Positions 46,627 through 56,868 of a DNA stretch of 64,000 nt are shown piece after piece. The stretch comes from Candidatus Flemingiibacterium sp. (GTDB lineage Bacteria; Bacillota; Clostridia; Oscillospirales; CAG-272): assembly GCA_045636145.1 (NCBI GenBank), contig JAZTWV010000030.1, positions 623-64,622 of the forward strand, in the 5' to 3' direction. The translations under genes were made by a program, and so were the position numbers. The notes below the pieces were generated by a model. That model saw nothing but the letters and a program-made list of their open reading frames with translations, was not told the origin of the DNA and did no database searches. How positions within the stretch are numbered: the first letter of the stretch is position 1; each line of letters starts with the position of its first letter.

Positions 46627-47442
46627 ATGGCTTCTTTTTCAAAAGATATGATAACAAGTCGCCAGAATGGGCTTGTTACCAGAATATCCAAGCTTTCTGA
46701 CAAGAAATACCGTGATGCGGAGGGACTTTTCCGTATAGACGGGGTCAAGCTCTTTTCCGAAGCACAAAAAAGCGGCATAGAGTTTGAATATATCTTCATT
46801 GCCGACACAAAGCGTGAAAAAATCACATCAAAGCTTGCAGATGAGCTTCGATCTGCATCAGGTACGGTGATAACCGTGTCCGATGAGGTGTTTTCCAAGC
46901 TTACCGATGAGTCGGCACCCCAGGGAATCACGGCGGCGGCAAAGAAATTTGCTGTTTCGGAGCTTGTAATTCCAAGTGACGGGGATTTTCGGTCGATTTA
47001 CCTTTCCTCGGTCCGCGATCCGGGAAATCTCGGCACAATGATACGAACGGCATATGCATTCGGTATTGACCGTGTATATATCAGCCGTGACTGCGCCGAT
47101 ATTTATTCCCCGAAGACGCTGAGGGCGGCAATGGGGTCGGTATTCCGCCAGCCCATATCGGTAGTGGGCGATGAGCTGACATTTGCCGACGATATGGAAA
47201 AAAGCGACTGCGCAGTATATGCGGCGGCACTCAGACGTGATGCAAAAAAGCTTGGGGCGTTTACGATCCCGAAGCGTGTATGCTTCGCTATTGGAAACGA
47301 GGGACACGGTCTCGCCGATGAGTTTATCGACTCCTGCTCCGGTACGGTGTTTATTCCCATAACGGAAGGGTGCGAATCCCTTAATGCGGCGTCTGCGGCT
47401 AATGTTATCATGTGGGAAATGTGCCGTGGCGCAGTGAAATAA
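46627..47442 (+). CDS. TrmH/SpoU-family RNA 2'-O-methyltransferase
   Basis: 271 aa; DPGNLGTMIRTA, GNEGHGL, ESLNAASA motifs. Confidence 0.85.
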   Translation: MASFSKDMITSRQNGLVTRISKLSDKKYRDAEGLFRIDGVKLFSEAQKSGIEFEYIFIADTKREKITSKLADELRSASGTVITVSDEVFSKLTDESAPQGITAAAKKFAVSELVIPSDGDFRSIYLSSVRDPGNLGTMIRTAYAFGIDRVYISRDCADIYSPKTLRAAMGSVFRQPISVVGDELTFADDMEKSDCAVYAAALRRDAKKLGAFTIPKRVCFAIGNEGHGLADEFIDSCSGTVFIPITEGCESLNAASAANVIMWEMCRGAVK

Positions 47443-47510
47443 CAGAAAACAATGGGCGTGTCAATACAAGGGCACTGCCGTATAAATATTATCAACAGGA
47501 GGAAATGAAA

Positions 47511-49472
47511 ATGTGCAACTCTCCGGAATGTAATAAGAAATTTTATATAACCACACCTATCTATTATCCAAGCGATAAGCTTCATATAGGTCATACCTAC
47601 TGTACCGTTGCGACCGATGCAATGGCACGCTATAAGAGAATGACCGGACATGACGTTATTTTCCTCACCGGTACTGACGAGCACGGTCAGAAGATCGAGG
47701 ACAAGGCAAAGGCTGCCGGCGTGACCCCACAGCAGTTCGTGGATAACATCGTAGAGGGTGAGCGCGGCGTTAAGGACCTTTGGAAGCTGATGAATGTTTC
47801 CAACGACCGCTTTATTCGCACCACCGACGATTACCACGTTGAGGCTATTCAGAAGATATTTAAGAAGATGTACGAAAACGGTGACATCTACAAGGGAAGC
47901 TACAAGGGCAAATACTGCAAGCCCTGCGAGTCTTTCTGGACGGAGAGTCAGCTCGTTGACGGCAAATGCCCTGACTGCGGACGCGAGGTTGAGGATGCGG
48001 AGGAGGAAGCATATTTCTTCCGTCTTTCAAAATATGCGGACCGTGTACAGGACCTTCTTGAAAATACCGATTTCCTTGAACCGCGCTCTCGCGTTAACGA
48101 GATGGTAAACAACTTTATAAAGCCGGGTCTTGAGGATCTCTGCGTATCCCGTACATCCTTTACATGGGGTGTTCCGGTTGATTTTGACCCCGGTCATGTG
48201 GTATATGTATGGGTAGACGCGCTGTTTAACTATACTACCGCGCTCGGCTTTATGAATGACAAATACGACGATTACAAGGACTATTGGCCGGCGGACGTTC
48301 ACTTCGTGGGCAAGGAGATAGTTCGTTTCCATTCAATCATCTGGCCTGCTATGCTCATGAGCATGGATATGCCTCTGCCAAGGAAGGTGTTCGGTCACGG
48401 ATGGCTTCTGCTTGACGGCGGCAAGATGTCAAAGTCCAAGGGCAACGTGGTAGATCCCTATGTGCTTGCGGAAAAATTCGGTGTTGATGCACTGCGTTTC
48501 TTCCTCATGCGCACCTTCCCCTTTGGCTCGGACGGAAACTTCTCAAACGAGGCTCTTATCGGCACTATCAACGTAGATTTGGCAAACGACCTCGGAAACC
48601 TGCTTTCAAGAACCGTTTCCATGGTTGAAAAATATTTCGGCGGCACTTTGCCACCTGTACAGTCAGAGGATGCAGAGAAGGACAGCGAGATGGTGTCCCT
48701 TATCGCAAATCTTCGCGCGGCTTACGAGGAGCAGATGGAGAAATATGCGTTCCAGAATGCGCTTGCGGAAATATTCGCTGTAATCAGCCGCGCCAACAAA
48801 TATATTGACGAGAACACCCCTTGGGCACTTGCAAAGGATATGGAAGCAAACGGCGCACGTCTTGCCAAGGTTATGTACAATCTTCTTGAGGTGCTTCGCG
48901 TTTCTGCAGTTCTGCTTACACCCTTCATGCCGTCCACCGTATCGGAGATTCTCCGTCAGATCGGTGCCTGCGAATGCTGCTCCACATGGGAAGCGGCAGG
49001 CAAGTACGGCGCACTGAAGGCTGATGCGACTGTAGTTCGCGGAGACAATCTGTTCCCCCGAATCGATGAAGCAAAGATGCTTGCAGAGCTTGAAGCTGAG
49101 CGCGAGGCTGCAATGAAAGCAAATGCTCCCATAGAAAAGCCTGAGGGCTGTGCTATTATCGGTTTTGAGGATTTTATGAAGGTAGAGCTTCGTACGGCGC
49201 AGGTTATCGCCTGCGAGCCTGTGAAGAAAGCGAAGAAGCTTCTCTGCCTGCAGCTTGATCTCGGATATGAAAAGCGTCAGGTTGTATCAGGTATTGCGCA
49301 GTTCTACAAGCCTGAGGAGCTTATCGGAAAGAAGCTTATCATGGTGGCAAATCTTGCTCCGGCAAAGCTTTGCGGCGTTGAGTCCAACGGCATGATACTC
49401 GCTTCCGGTGAAGAAACCGTGCGCGTGGTATTCCTTGATCCCGAAACACCCCTTGGTGAGAGAGTAAGATAA
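47511..49472 (+). CDS. metG: methionine--tRNA ligase with C-terminal tRNA-binding domain
   Basis: HIGH (LHIGHTY) and KMSKS motifs, CxxC zinc knuckles, EMAPII-like C-terminus. ATG 47511 is 8 nt after AGGAGGA; 47505 is an alternative. Confidence 0.93.
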   Translation: MCNSPECNKKFYITTPIYYPSDKLHIGHTYCTVATDAMARYKRMTGHDVIFLTGTDEHGQKIEDKAKAAGVTPQQFVDNIVEGERGVKDLWKLMNVSNDRFIRTTDDYHVEAIQKIFKKMYENGDIYKGSYKGKYCKPCESFWTESQLVDGKCPDCGREVEDAEEEAYFFRLSKYADRVQDLLENTDFLEPRSRVNEMVNNFIKPGLEDLCVSRTSFTWGVPVDFDPGHVVYVWVDALFNYTTALGFMNDKYDDYKDYWPADVHFVGKEIVRFHSIIWPAMLMSMDMPLPRKVFGHGWLLLDGGKMSKSKGNVVDPYVLAEKFGVDALRFFLMRTFPFGSDGNFSNEALIGTINVDLANDLGNLLSRTVSMVEKYFGGTLPPVQSEDAEKDSEMVSLIANLRAAYEEQMEKYAFQNALAEIFAVISRANKYIDENTPWALAKDMEANGARLAKVMYNLLEVLRVSAVLLTPFMPSTVSEILRQIGACECCSTWEAAGKYGALKADATVVRGDNLFPRIDEAKMLAELEAEREAAMKANAPIEKPEGCAIIGFEDFMKVELRTAQVIACEPVKKAKKLLCLQLDLGYEKRQVVSGIAQFYKPEELIGKKLIMVANLAPAKLCGVESNGMILASGEETVRVVFLDPETPLGERVR

Positions 49473-50288
49473 ATGGAATTTGATTTCAAGGCGACCCGTG
49501 CGCTTCCTATATTTGATACGCACGCGCATTATAACGACAGCCGCTTTGACGATGAAATTGACGGCGGCAAGGACAGTGTCCTTGCCGCTCTGCTTTCAGG
49601 CAATGTAAAGCACATCGTTAATGCCGGTACGAATATTAACTCCTGCCGTGAGTGCATCGCCATGGCAGAGAAGTATCCGGAGCTGTACGCCACGGCAGGC
49701 ATACATCCCGAAGATATAAACCCCGAGGATGATATTGAGACGGTAATGGAGGAGCTTCGCGGACTTCTTGCCCACCCGAAGGTGCGTGCTCTCGGCGAGA
49801 TCGGGCTTGACTATTATTGGGACGACAAGCCCCGCGAGCTTCAGAAGCTGTGGCTTCGCCGTCAGCTTGAGCTGGCGCGCGAGACGAAAATGCCGGTTGT
49901 GATACATGACCGCGATGCACACGGCGATATCATGGATATTCTGCGTGAATATCCCGATGTTACGGGTGAGTTTCACAGCTTTTCCGCAAGTGCGGAAATA
50001 GCAAGACAACTGACAAACCGCGGATGGTATATTTCCTTTTCGGGAGTTATAACCTTCAAAAACGCGGCAAGGCTTGCGGAAATAGTGCCCACAGTGCCCC
50101 TTGACCGAGTAATGATAGAGACGGATGCGCCATATCTTGCTCCTGTACCGTATCGCGGCAAGATGAATCATTCGGGGCTGATGGAGTTTACCGCTGTTCG
50201 CGCCGCCGAGCTGTACGGAATCACTCCTGAGGAATTCTGCCGTCATGCATACGAAAACTCATGCAGATTTTTCGGTATTGAGGAATAA
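49473..50288 (+). CDS. TatD-family metal-dependent hydrolase
   Basis: FDTHAHYND, GEIGLDYYW, IHDRDAH, ETDAPYL. Confidence 0.9.
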   Translation: MEFDFKATRALPIFDTHAHYNDSRFDDEIDGGKDSVLAALLSGNVKHIVNAGTNINSCRECIAMAEKYPELYATAGIHPEDINPEDDIETVMEELRGLLAHPKVRALGEIGLDYYWDDKPRELQKLWLRRQLELARETKMPVVIHDRDAHGDIMDILREYPDVTGEFHSFSASAEIARQLTNRGWYISFSGVITFKNAARLAEIVPTVPLDRVMIETDAPYLAPVPYRGKMNHSGLMEFTAVRAAELYGITPEEFCRHAYENSCRFFGIEE

Positions 50289-50363
50289 ACTTGAAATTTA
50301 CGGCATTAAAAAACGTGACTTCGTCAAAGTTTACTTGACAAAGCCACGTTTTTGGTTTTTTAC

Positions 50364-50591
50364 TTAGATGATGTAGGGCTTGATCTCTTCAAGAAGCGCA
50401 TCTGCATTTTCGCTGTGAGCGGTGAGCTTGATGGGCTTCATAAGGTCAAGGGAGAAAATACCCATGATGGACTTTGCATCTACAACATAACGTCCGGACA
50501 TGAGGTCGATGTCCATGTCATACTTGGACACGATATTTACAAAATTGCGTACATCCTCGATAGAGGAGAGCTTGATATCTAATGTTTTCAT
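50364..50591 (-). CDS. HPr-like small protein lacking the catalytic histidine
   Basis: 75 aa. DAKSIMGIFSL matches the HPr Ser46 region (KSIMG); the His15 position reads SIEDVRN. AAGGAG RBS. Confidence 0.6.
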   Translation of the reverse strand: MKTLDIKLSSIEDVRNFVNIVSKYDMDIDLMSGRYVVDAKSIMGIFSLDLMKPIKLTAHSENADALLEEIKPYII

Positions 50592-50744
50592 TTGAATTTC
50601 ACTCCTTATTTAGTATTCACATATATATGATAGCTTAAATCCTTACGTTTGTCAATATATAATCTGTAAAATTATAGGTAGAGTTTTACTATTCTACAGG
50701 AGATACACTTGGAAGATATGCACAAAATACCAGTGCGTTTTTTG

Positions 50745-52181
50745 TTAAATAAGCTCGATTTCTGTTGGGGCAATAGTTGACTTCGGGGTTACTGCAAGCT
50801 TATCGTCTGTAACTGTGAGTATAAGACCGTGCGGTGAGGTAACAAACATAAGCGAGATTTTTATATTGCCGTCCTCAACTGCATAGGATGCCGCGATCTC
50901 GGCAGGCATTCCAAGCTCGCCATCGTCAAGCTGTCCGGGCGCGGGGCGGATAGGGCAGTGCCTAAGCTTGTTGTATTCCCACTCGCCGTATGCGCACATG
51001 AGCTGCGCTGCGAAGCGGTCTGTACCGTGAATTGTCAGTGCCATACCGTCTTTTGTCGGCAGAATATCAAGTGCTCTTATATCCCATGAGTTAGGCGCGC
51101 ATTTTATATGGCGCTCGGTCACATCCGGCATACCGCAGGGCGGTGTCATGTATGGGCGGACCGAAATGTCGCAGGGGGTCTTTATTGGAAACGGTTTGTC
51201 GGAGATTCCCTTGTAAATAGTGTCCCAGAAAATATTCATAGTATCCTGCATTGTGCCGCCGATAATGCCGTCAATGTTAGAAATGAGCACAACGGCACAG
51301 TTTTTGTCGGGGGACATAATGGCGTACTGTCCGTGTGCGCCGTCAAAGCGGTAGCAGTTGTTCTGACAGCGCCAGATCTGATATCCGTAGCCAGCTCGCC
51401 AATCCGGCTCTTTTCTCATGCTGTTGTCGGACACGGCGGAAGTGGCTTCGTCAGCCCATTTTTCGGAAAAGATGCGATTGCCTTCCCATACGCCACCCTT
51501 GAGGTACAAGACGCCAAGCTTCAGTATATCCTCGGCGGAAACGTGTATTCCCCATCCGCCAAGATCAATTCCGTCCGGGGATTCGTCCCATATGATATCT
51601 TTTATACCAAGCGGATTGAATAGCCTTGGAGTAAGATAATCTGTCATTCTCATTCCGGTGAGCTTTGTGATTATGGCGGACAGCATATATGTAGCAGTGG
51701 TATTGTAGCAGAAATGAGTTCCCGGCTCATTTTCTACAGGGAGCGCCAGGAATCGCCTTGCCCATTCCGGCTCCGCGGTGGCGATACGCGCGAAGGTGTC
51801 GTTCTGATGTCCGGTGTTCATGGACAAGAGGTGCTTTACCTTCATTTTGGCGAGATTTTCGCTTACTACATCCGGGAGAAGCTCGGGAAAGAATGAAATG
51901 ACCGTATCTTCCACTGAAAGCAGTCCCTCATAAACCGCAATGCCGATGGCGGTAGCGGTCCAGCTTTTACTTACCGAATAAACATGACGTTTATCGGTGA
52001 TTCTGTAGGGGGACGCGATGGAGGAAGCCGCCAGCTTTCCGTCTTTCCATATCATATAGCCCTGATGGGGAGCTTTCAGTTCTTGGGTGCGGCGTTGAAA
52101 CTCCGCAATAGCGGTACTGTCAATTCCAAGCGTTTCCGGAACGGCGGTTTCAAATGTAAACGGTGTAAATCTTGTAAGCAT
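50745..52181 (-). CDS. serine hydrolase, beta-lactamase (class C/PBP4*-like) family
   Basis: YSVSKSWT (SxxK) and YNT motifs; 478 aa with an extra C-terminal domain. Confidence 0.85.
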   Translation of the reverse strand: MLTRFTPFTFETAVPETLGIDSTAIAEFQRRTQELKAPHQGYMIWKDGKLAASSIASPYRITDKRHVYSVSKSWTATAIGIAVYEGLLSVEDTVISFFPELLPDVVSENLAKMKVKHLLSMNTGHQNDTFARIATAEPEWARRFLALPVENEPGTHFCYNTTATYMLSAIITKLTGMRMTDYLTPRLFNPLGIKDIIWDESPDGIDLGGWGIHVSAEDILKLGVLYLKGGVWEGNRIFSEKWADEATSAVSDNSMRKEPDWRAGYGYQIWRCQNNCYRFDGAHGQYAIMSPDKNCAVVLISNIDGIIGGTMQDTMNIFWDTIYKGISDKPFPIKTPCDISVRPYMTPPCGMPDVTERHIKCAPNSWDIRALDILPTKDGMALTIHGTDRFAAQLMCAYGEWEYNKLRHCPIRPAPGQLDDGELGMPAEIAASYAVEDGNIKISLMFVTSPHGLILTVTDDKLAVTPKSTIAPTEIELI

Positions 52182-52194
52182 ATTGATCTCCTTG

Positions 52195-53457
52195 TTATAA
52201 AGTTATTTTTCTCACTTCCAGATAGAAGCGCTTGTCGTCAGCTTCGCCCATAGAGAAGGTTTTACGGGGCAGCGCGCCGTCACGCACAACAGTGGGGAAC
52301 AGCTCGGATTTTTCCATGCCCTTAAATATGAATCCGATGGCATTTTCTGCCGAAGCAAGCTTCTTGGTGGACTCTATACCGTGGATGTAGTCGATGACGG
52401 CACCCTCACAGGTCTTTATGTAGTCGTCAAGGAAGGTTTGCAGCGTTCCAACGGGAAGCAGAGAGGTGGGATTGTCGGCGGTGAGCATATCACATCCCCT
52501 TGCGGTGATAACCTCAAAGGTTTGGGGCGCAATATCGCTTGCAGGCAGTGATTTTAAGTATGCTGTAAGGTCACTCGTAAGCTTTTCGGGGTCAACTCCG
52601 AATATTACGCGGTAAATAGGCTCAAATTCAAGCGCTTCGTCGTGGATATTCACGATTTCGCACAGAGCATATCTTGCAGGATGGGAAGCACGCTCTTTTT
52701 CGGAGAGAGTAGGCTTTATCTGCTCCCAAAATGCCTTTGCGGATGCCAACGAATGATTTCCGTCGCCCATAGCAAATAAAAGCGGCTTGTCACAGTCCTG
52801 CTCTGCGGATGCGGTATCATAAAGTGTGTCAAGAGCCGCGGAAATGCGGTCAATCTCAGATTTCGGGAGGAATTTGCCGAGAGCGTGACCGCCGTTTGCC
52901 ATAAGCGTGAAGTCGTAGGCGGTATCATATTCGGATGTGTTTCCTATAAGCGGCTCGATTACAGTGCGCTTCGGGTCATCAATAAGTATCATGATATGAG
53001 GAAGCTCAACAGGCGCGCCTTCACGTATTTTTACACGGGGCGGAATACGGTCGAGCACAGTGCCCTCGGTGGCGCGGACAAGAGATTTTGCGCCCTTGGT
53101 GTAATCGTAGCACTCAAGGTCAATAGCGCCTACAAGACCGCGGCGGATGTTTCCGTTATTCTGTGTGCGCTCAAGGTATATCATTGTGTTGCTGTGTTCG
53201 CAGAACACATTCTTTTCGTACTTTCGCATTGTCTCATTGATGAGCGGAATGCGTTTTTCGGCATCTTTAAGAAAGATTTCGGGGAGCGTTATGCGGAGCG
53301 TTGACGGCGCATCGCCGACGATGCTCTCGACATTGTTCCAATATTCAGGCTCGGATGTGTACTGGTCGCAGGCTATGCACGAATAACGTCCCATGGCTTC
53401 CGCATTGTGCGCGAAGCTTGGGAGAAGTATATTTGCAGGGTGAAAGCAATGTTTCAT
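52195..53457 (-). CDS. DUF1015-family protein
   Basis: ATG 53457 after AAGGAG. VRATEGTVLDRIPPRVKIREG...PHIMILIDD and GDGNHSLASAK patterns recall DUF1015. Confidence 0.55.
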   Translation of the reverse strand: MKHCFHPANILLPSFAHNAEAMGRYSCIACDQYTSEPEYWNNVESIVGDAPSTLRITLPEIFLKDAEKRIPLINETMRKYEKNVFCEHSNTMIYLERTQNNGNIRRGLVGAIDLECYDYTKGAKSLVRATEGTVLDRIPPRVKIREGAPVELPHIMILIDDPKRTVIEPLIGNTSEYDTAYDFTLMANGGHALGKFLPKSEIDRISAALDTLYDTASAEQDCDKPLLFAMGDGNHSLASAKAFWEQIKPTLSEKERASHPARYALCEIVNIHDEALEFEPIYRVIFGVDPEKLTSDLTAYLKSLPASDIAPQTFEVITARGCDMLTADNPTSLLPVGTLQTFLDDYIKTCEGAVIDYIHGIESTKKLASAENAIGFIFKGMEKSELFPTVVRDGALPRKTFSMGEADDKRFYLEVRKITL

Positions 53458-53643
53458 GGTGTACTCCTTGAAAGGAAAAATATTATAATAATATAATATC
53501 ATATTTTTGCATAGGAATCAAGATTTTTGAAAAAATATATTTCTTTCGAGATAATTTCTTCGCGTCATCATACAACCGTCACATTTGGGGTATATACTGT
53601 ATATGTACGATGGATAACCACCGAAGAAAAGGAGGATATTATA

Positions 53644-55089
53644 ATGGATAATGAACGTAATTTCAATGAAAACATAAATAATGCTGATGATGTGCAGGAG
53701 AATGCCACCCTTACAGAGCAGAATCCTGACACTGTGAACGCAAGCGAGGTTGAATCGGAGAGCATCGGGCAGACGGGAAACATTTCCGAGGTTCCCGAGA
53801 CCGCAGAGGAGTCTGTATATACTGCGGAGTCAACATATAATGCGCCGCGTGAGACTTTTTATGCAGGAGAAGCACCGAAAGAGGAAAAGAAACCTGCCGC
53901 ACGTTTTGGATTTCGTTCTGCGGCAATACTCGTGGCGGTCTGCGTGATTCTTTCCGGCGGAGCTGCGTTTGCCGGCACTTATGCGGCACAGCGGCTTGGC
54001 GGTGCATCGGACGGGGCGATGGGCGACGGCGGAAAAATATCTTCCGGTACTCCGTCGGTACTTCTTCAGGCATACACAAACCCCAATGAAGCTTCCGGCA
54101 CATATGAGCAGGTGGCGGAGGTGGTGTCTCCCACGGTTGTTGAGATTACAACCGAATCCATAGTCACCGACTCGGTGTTCTGGGGCGGCAACTATGTTAC
54201 CTCAGGCGCAGGAAGCGGAGTTATAATCAGTGCAGACGGTCTTATTGTTACAAACAACCACGTTGTAAGCGGTGCTAATGCTATAACTGTCACTCTGACA
54301 AGCGGTGAGGAATATACAGCCGAGGTTGTGGGCACGGATTCTGATTCCGATATCGCGGTTATAAAGGTTAATGCGGAAAATCTTCCTTTTGCGCTTCTCG
54401 GCGACAGCGATAAGCTTGTTGTAGGTCAGGAAGTCATGGCTGTGGGCAATCCTCTCGGTGAGCTTGGCGGAACAGTCACCAATGGTATTGTCAGCGCACT
54501 TTCCCGTGACGTTAACATCGACGGTACGGAAATGACGCTTATTCAGACCAATGCGGCGGTGAATCCCGGTAACTCCGGCGGCGGACTTTTCAATATGTAC
54601 GGCGAGCTTATAGGCATTGTAAATGCAAAATCCACCAGCACATCGTCAGGAACATCCGTTGAGGGCATCGGCTTTGCGATTCCTGTAAATACGGCGGCAA
54701 AAGTCACCGAGGAGCTTATAAACTACGGATATGTGCGCGGCAAGGTGATGCTTGGAATAACATATGTTGACGTTGACAGCTCATACAAGGCTATGTACTA
54801 CCGCGTGAGCGCACTTGGCGTATACATTGCCACCTCGGAATACACCGATGAGCTTAAAGCAGGCGACCGTATCGTGGCTATCGACGGCGAGGAGGTAACA
54901 TACGGCGCGGATGTTAAGTCGGCGCTTCGCGGACACGAGGTAGGCGACGAAATAACCGTTACGGTAGTGCGTGACGGGAAATATGTGGATGTTTCGGTAA
55001 CGCTCCGGGAATATGTGCCTACCGAAGCGCAGGCAACAGAGGAGGATTCCTCAAGATTCGAGGATAACTTCGGCGGTGGCGGATATTGA
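53644..55089 (+). CDS. HtrA/DegP-family serine protease with PDZ domain
   Basis: ATG 53644 after GGAGGA; TM anchor; TNNHVV (His), DSDIAVIKV (Asp), GNSGGGLF (Ser); C-terminal PDZ. Confidence 0.9.
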   Translation: MDNERNFNENINNADDVQENATLTEQNPDTVNASEVESESIGQTGNISEVPETAEESVYTAESTYNAPRETFYAGEAPKEEKKPAARFGFRSAAILVAVCVILSGGAAFAGTYAAQRLGGASDGAMGDGGKISSGTPSVLLQAYTNPNEASGTYEQVAEVVSPTVVEITTESIVTDSVFWGGNYVTSGAGSGVIISADGLIVTNNHVVSGANAITVTLTSGEEYTAEVVGTDSDSDIAVIKVNAENLPFALLGDSDKLVVGQEVMAVGNPLGELGGTVTNGIVSALSRDVNIDGTEMTLIQTNAAVNPGNSGGGLFNMYGELIGIVNAKSTSTSSGTSVEGIGFAIPVNTAAKVTEELINYGYVRGKVMLGITYVDVDSSYKAMYYRVSALGVYIATSEYTDELKAGDRIVAIDGEEVTYGADVKSALRGHEVGDEITVTVVRDGKYVDVSVTLREYVPTEAQATEEDSSRFEDNFGGGGY

Positions 55090-55104
55090 TAGAATAGGGA
55101 ATAC

Positions 55105-55140
55105 AAAAGGAGAACGGACAGGTGCCGTTCTCCTTTTTGT
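55105..55140 (+). terminator. rho-independent terminator
   Basis: AAAGGAGAACGG...CCGTTCTCCTTT 12-bp stem plus T run. Confidence 0.85.
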
Positions 55141-55272
55141 GTTGTCAAAGCATTTCGGAAAATAATAGAAGTGGCAAAACACCATTATAATTATATCGTA
55201 ACTGTCATAATGTGCTAATTCTTCCGTCATATTCTTGTCCTATGCTTCATATACATCCCACGAGGTGATTAT

Positions 55273-56427
55273 ATGAAAATCAAACGGTTTCTTTCCATAG
55301 TAATAATGGCGATAATCTCACTTGCAGTATCTGCTGCAGTCGCCGTGCCGCTTTCGGCGGCAGATTACAACGCGCGCTCCTACATATTGATGGAAGCTTC
55401 TACAGGCACGGTGCTGCTTGAAGAGAATGCCGATGAAGCACTTCCGCCTGCTTCGGTTACAAAGATAATGACGCTCCTTATTATAATGGAAGCAATTGAT
55501 GACGGACGGCTATCCTGGGATGAGGCGGTGCAGACCTCGGAATATGCCGCGTCCATGGGCGGCTCGCAGGTGTTTCTTGAGCCGGGCGAGGAAATGCCTG
55601 TTTCGGAAATGGTAAAATGCGTGGTTATAGCAAGCGCAAACGACGCGGCGGTGGCTCTTGCGGAAAAGGTTGCAGGCAGTGAAGAAGCATTTGTCAGGAT
55701 GATGAATGAACGCGCGGCGGAGCTTGGCATGACAAGCTCTGTGTTCAAAAACACCAACGGTCTTGACGATGACGTGGAGGGGCACGTAACAAGTGCCAGA
55801 GATATTGCCATTATGTCACGGGAGCTTATCACAAAGCACCCCAAAATTCTCGAATATTCCTCCATATGGATGGACAGTATTCGCGGCGGAGCTTTCGGTC
55901 TTACCAATACCAACCGCTTGGTGCGGTTTTACCGAGGCGCAAACGGGCTTAAGACAGGCTCTACCTCAAAAGCGAAGTTTTGTATCTCCGCAACGGCAGA
56001 GCGCGACGGTATGCAGCTTATCGCTGTGGTCATGGCATCCCCCACAAGAGACGAGCGCAACGAAACCGCAAAAAAACTGCTGGACTTCGGCTTCGCAGGC
56101 TGGGAAGTGGCAAATCTCACGCCCGAAGTAACGGCTTCACCGCTGAGGGTAGTCGGCGGAGTGTCAGACAGCGTACCTCTTGCTTGCAACGGGAGCAGTA
56201 TACTGTTAAAGAAGGGTCAGGCGGCGAAGCTTACACAGGAAATATATCTTCCGGAATATGTAAGCGCGCCAATAAGTGCAGGTGACGAGGTGGGACGGAT
56301 AGATTACTGTGCTGACGGCGAGGTTATAGCCACAGCACCCATAATTGCGGCAGAGGATGTGCCTAAGATAGGCTACGGCGGCATATTTATGCGGATTCTT
56401 CGAAAAATGCTGGTCGTGGAGGCGTAA
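55273..56427 (+). CDS. D-alanyl-D-alanine carboxypeptidase (PBP5/DacB-like)
   Basis: Signal peptide; SVTKIM (SxxK), SANDAA (SxN), KTGST (KTG). Confidence 0.9.
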   Translation: MKIKRFLSIVIMAIISLAVSAAVAVPLSAADYNARSYILMEASTGTVLLEENADEALPPASVTKIMTLLIIMEAIDDGRLSWDEAVQTSEYAASMGGSQVFLEPGEEMPVSEMVKCVVIASANDAAVALAEKVAGSEEAFVRMMNERAAELGMTSSVFKNTNGLDDDVEGHVTSARDIAIMSRELITKHPKILEYSSIWMDSIRGGAFGLTNTNRLVRFYRGANGLKTGSTSKAKFCISATAERDGMQLIAVVMASPTRDERNETAKKLLDFGFAGWEVANLTPEVTASPLRVVGGVSDSVPLACNGSSILLKKGQAAKLTQEIYLPEYVSAPISAGDEVGRIDYCADGEVIATAPIIAAEDVPKIGYGGIFMRILRKMLVVEA

Positions 56428-56447
56428 GTGAGAGGTTGTTGCCGTAT

Positions 56448-56528
56448 TCCGTAGGGCGGGGCCTTGTGTCCCGCCGTTCTAACCGAAAAATATGTTGAAC
56501 GGTGGGAACAAGCCCACCATTCTACAGG
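56448..56528. repeat. REP-like doublet (convergent GTAG hairpins)
   Basis: 56448-56477(+): CCGTAG-GGCGGG...CCCGCC. 56498-56528(-): GGTGGG-AACAAG-CCCACC...CTACAGG. Confidence 0.7.
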
Positions 56529-56701
56529 AAAATCTTTGCGGATGCAGTGCAGAAAACGTGTTGTCAAGATATTTTTTGAAAAAATACAACAAAATCGAAA
56601 AATCCGCTTGATATCTGACAAAAACTGTTTTTCATCGCGCGATATTCAAAATATTAAACCCCATTTAAAATTACAAATACCTTACAAGATATTAAAACCA
56701 C

Positions 56702-56730
56702 TTGCAAAAAAAAAGGACTTGTAGTATCAT
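56702..56730 (+). promoter_or_regulatory. candidate promoter of S-layer gene with A9 tract
   Basis: TTGCAA 56702-56707, 17-nt spacer, TATCAT 56725-56730; A run 56706-56714. Confidence 0.35.
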
Positions 56731-56868
56731 ATGTACAGGGAAAATCTTCATTAACAGCGAACTTATCTCAAAACCGGGCGTTCATGTGAGACCGAGCGCC
56801 GCATAGTTTGAAGATACGCTGCTGTGAGGATCTAACCGACAATATTTTATTAAAGGAGAACATTCACA

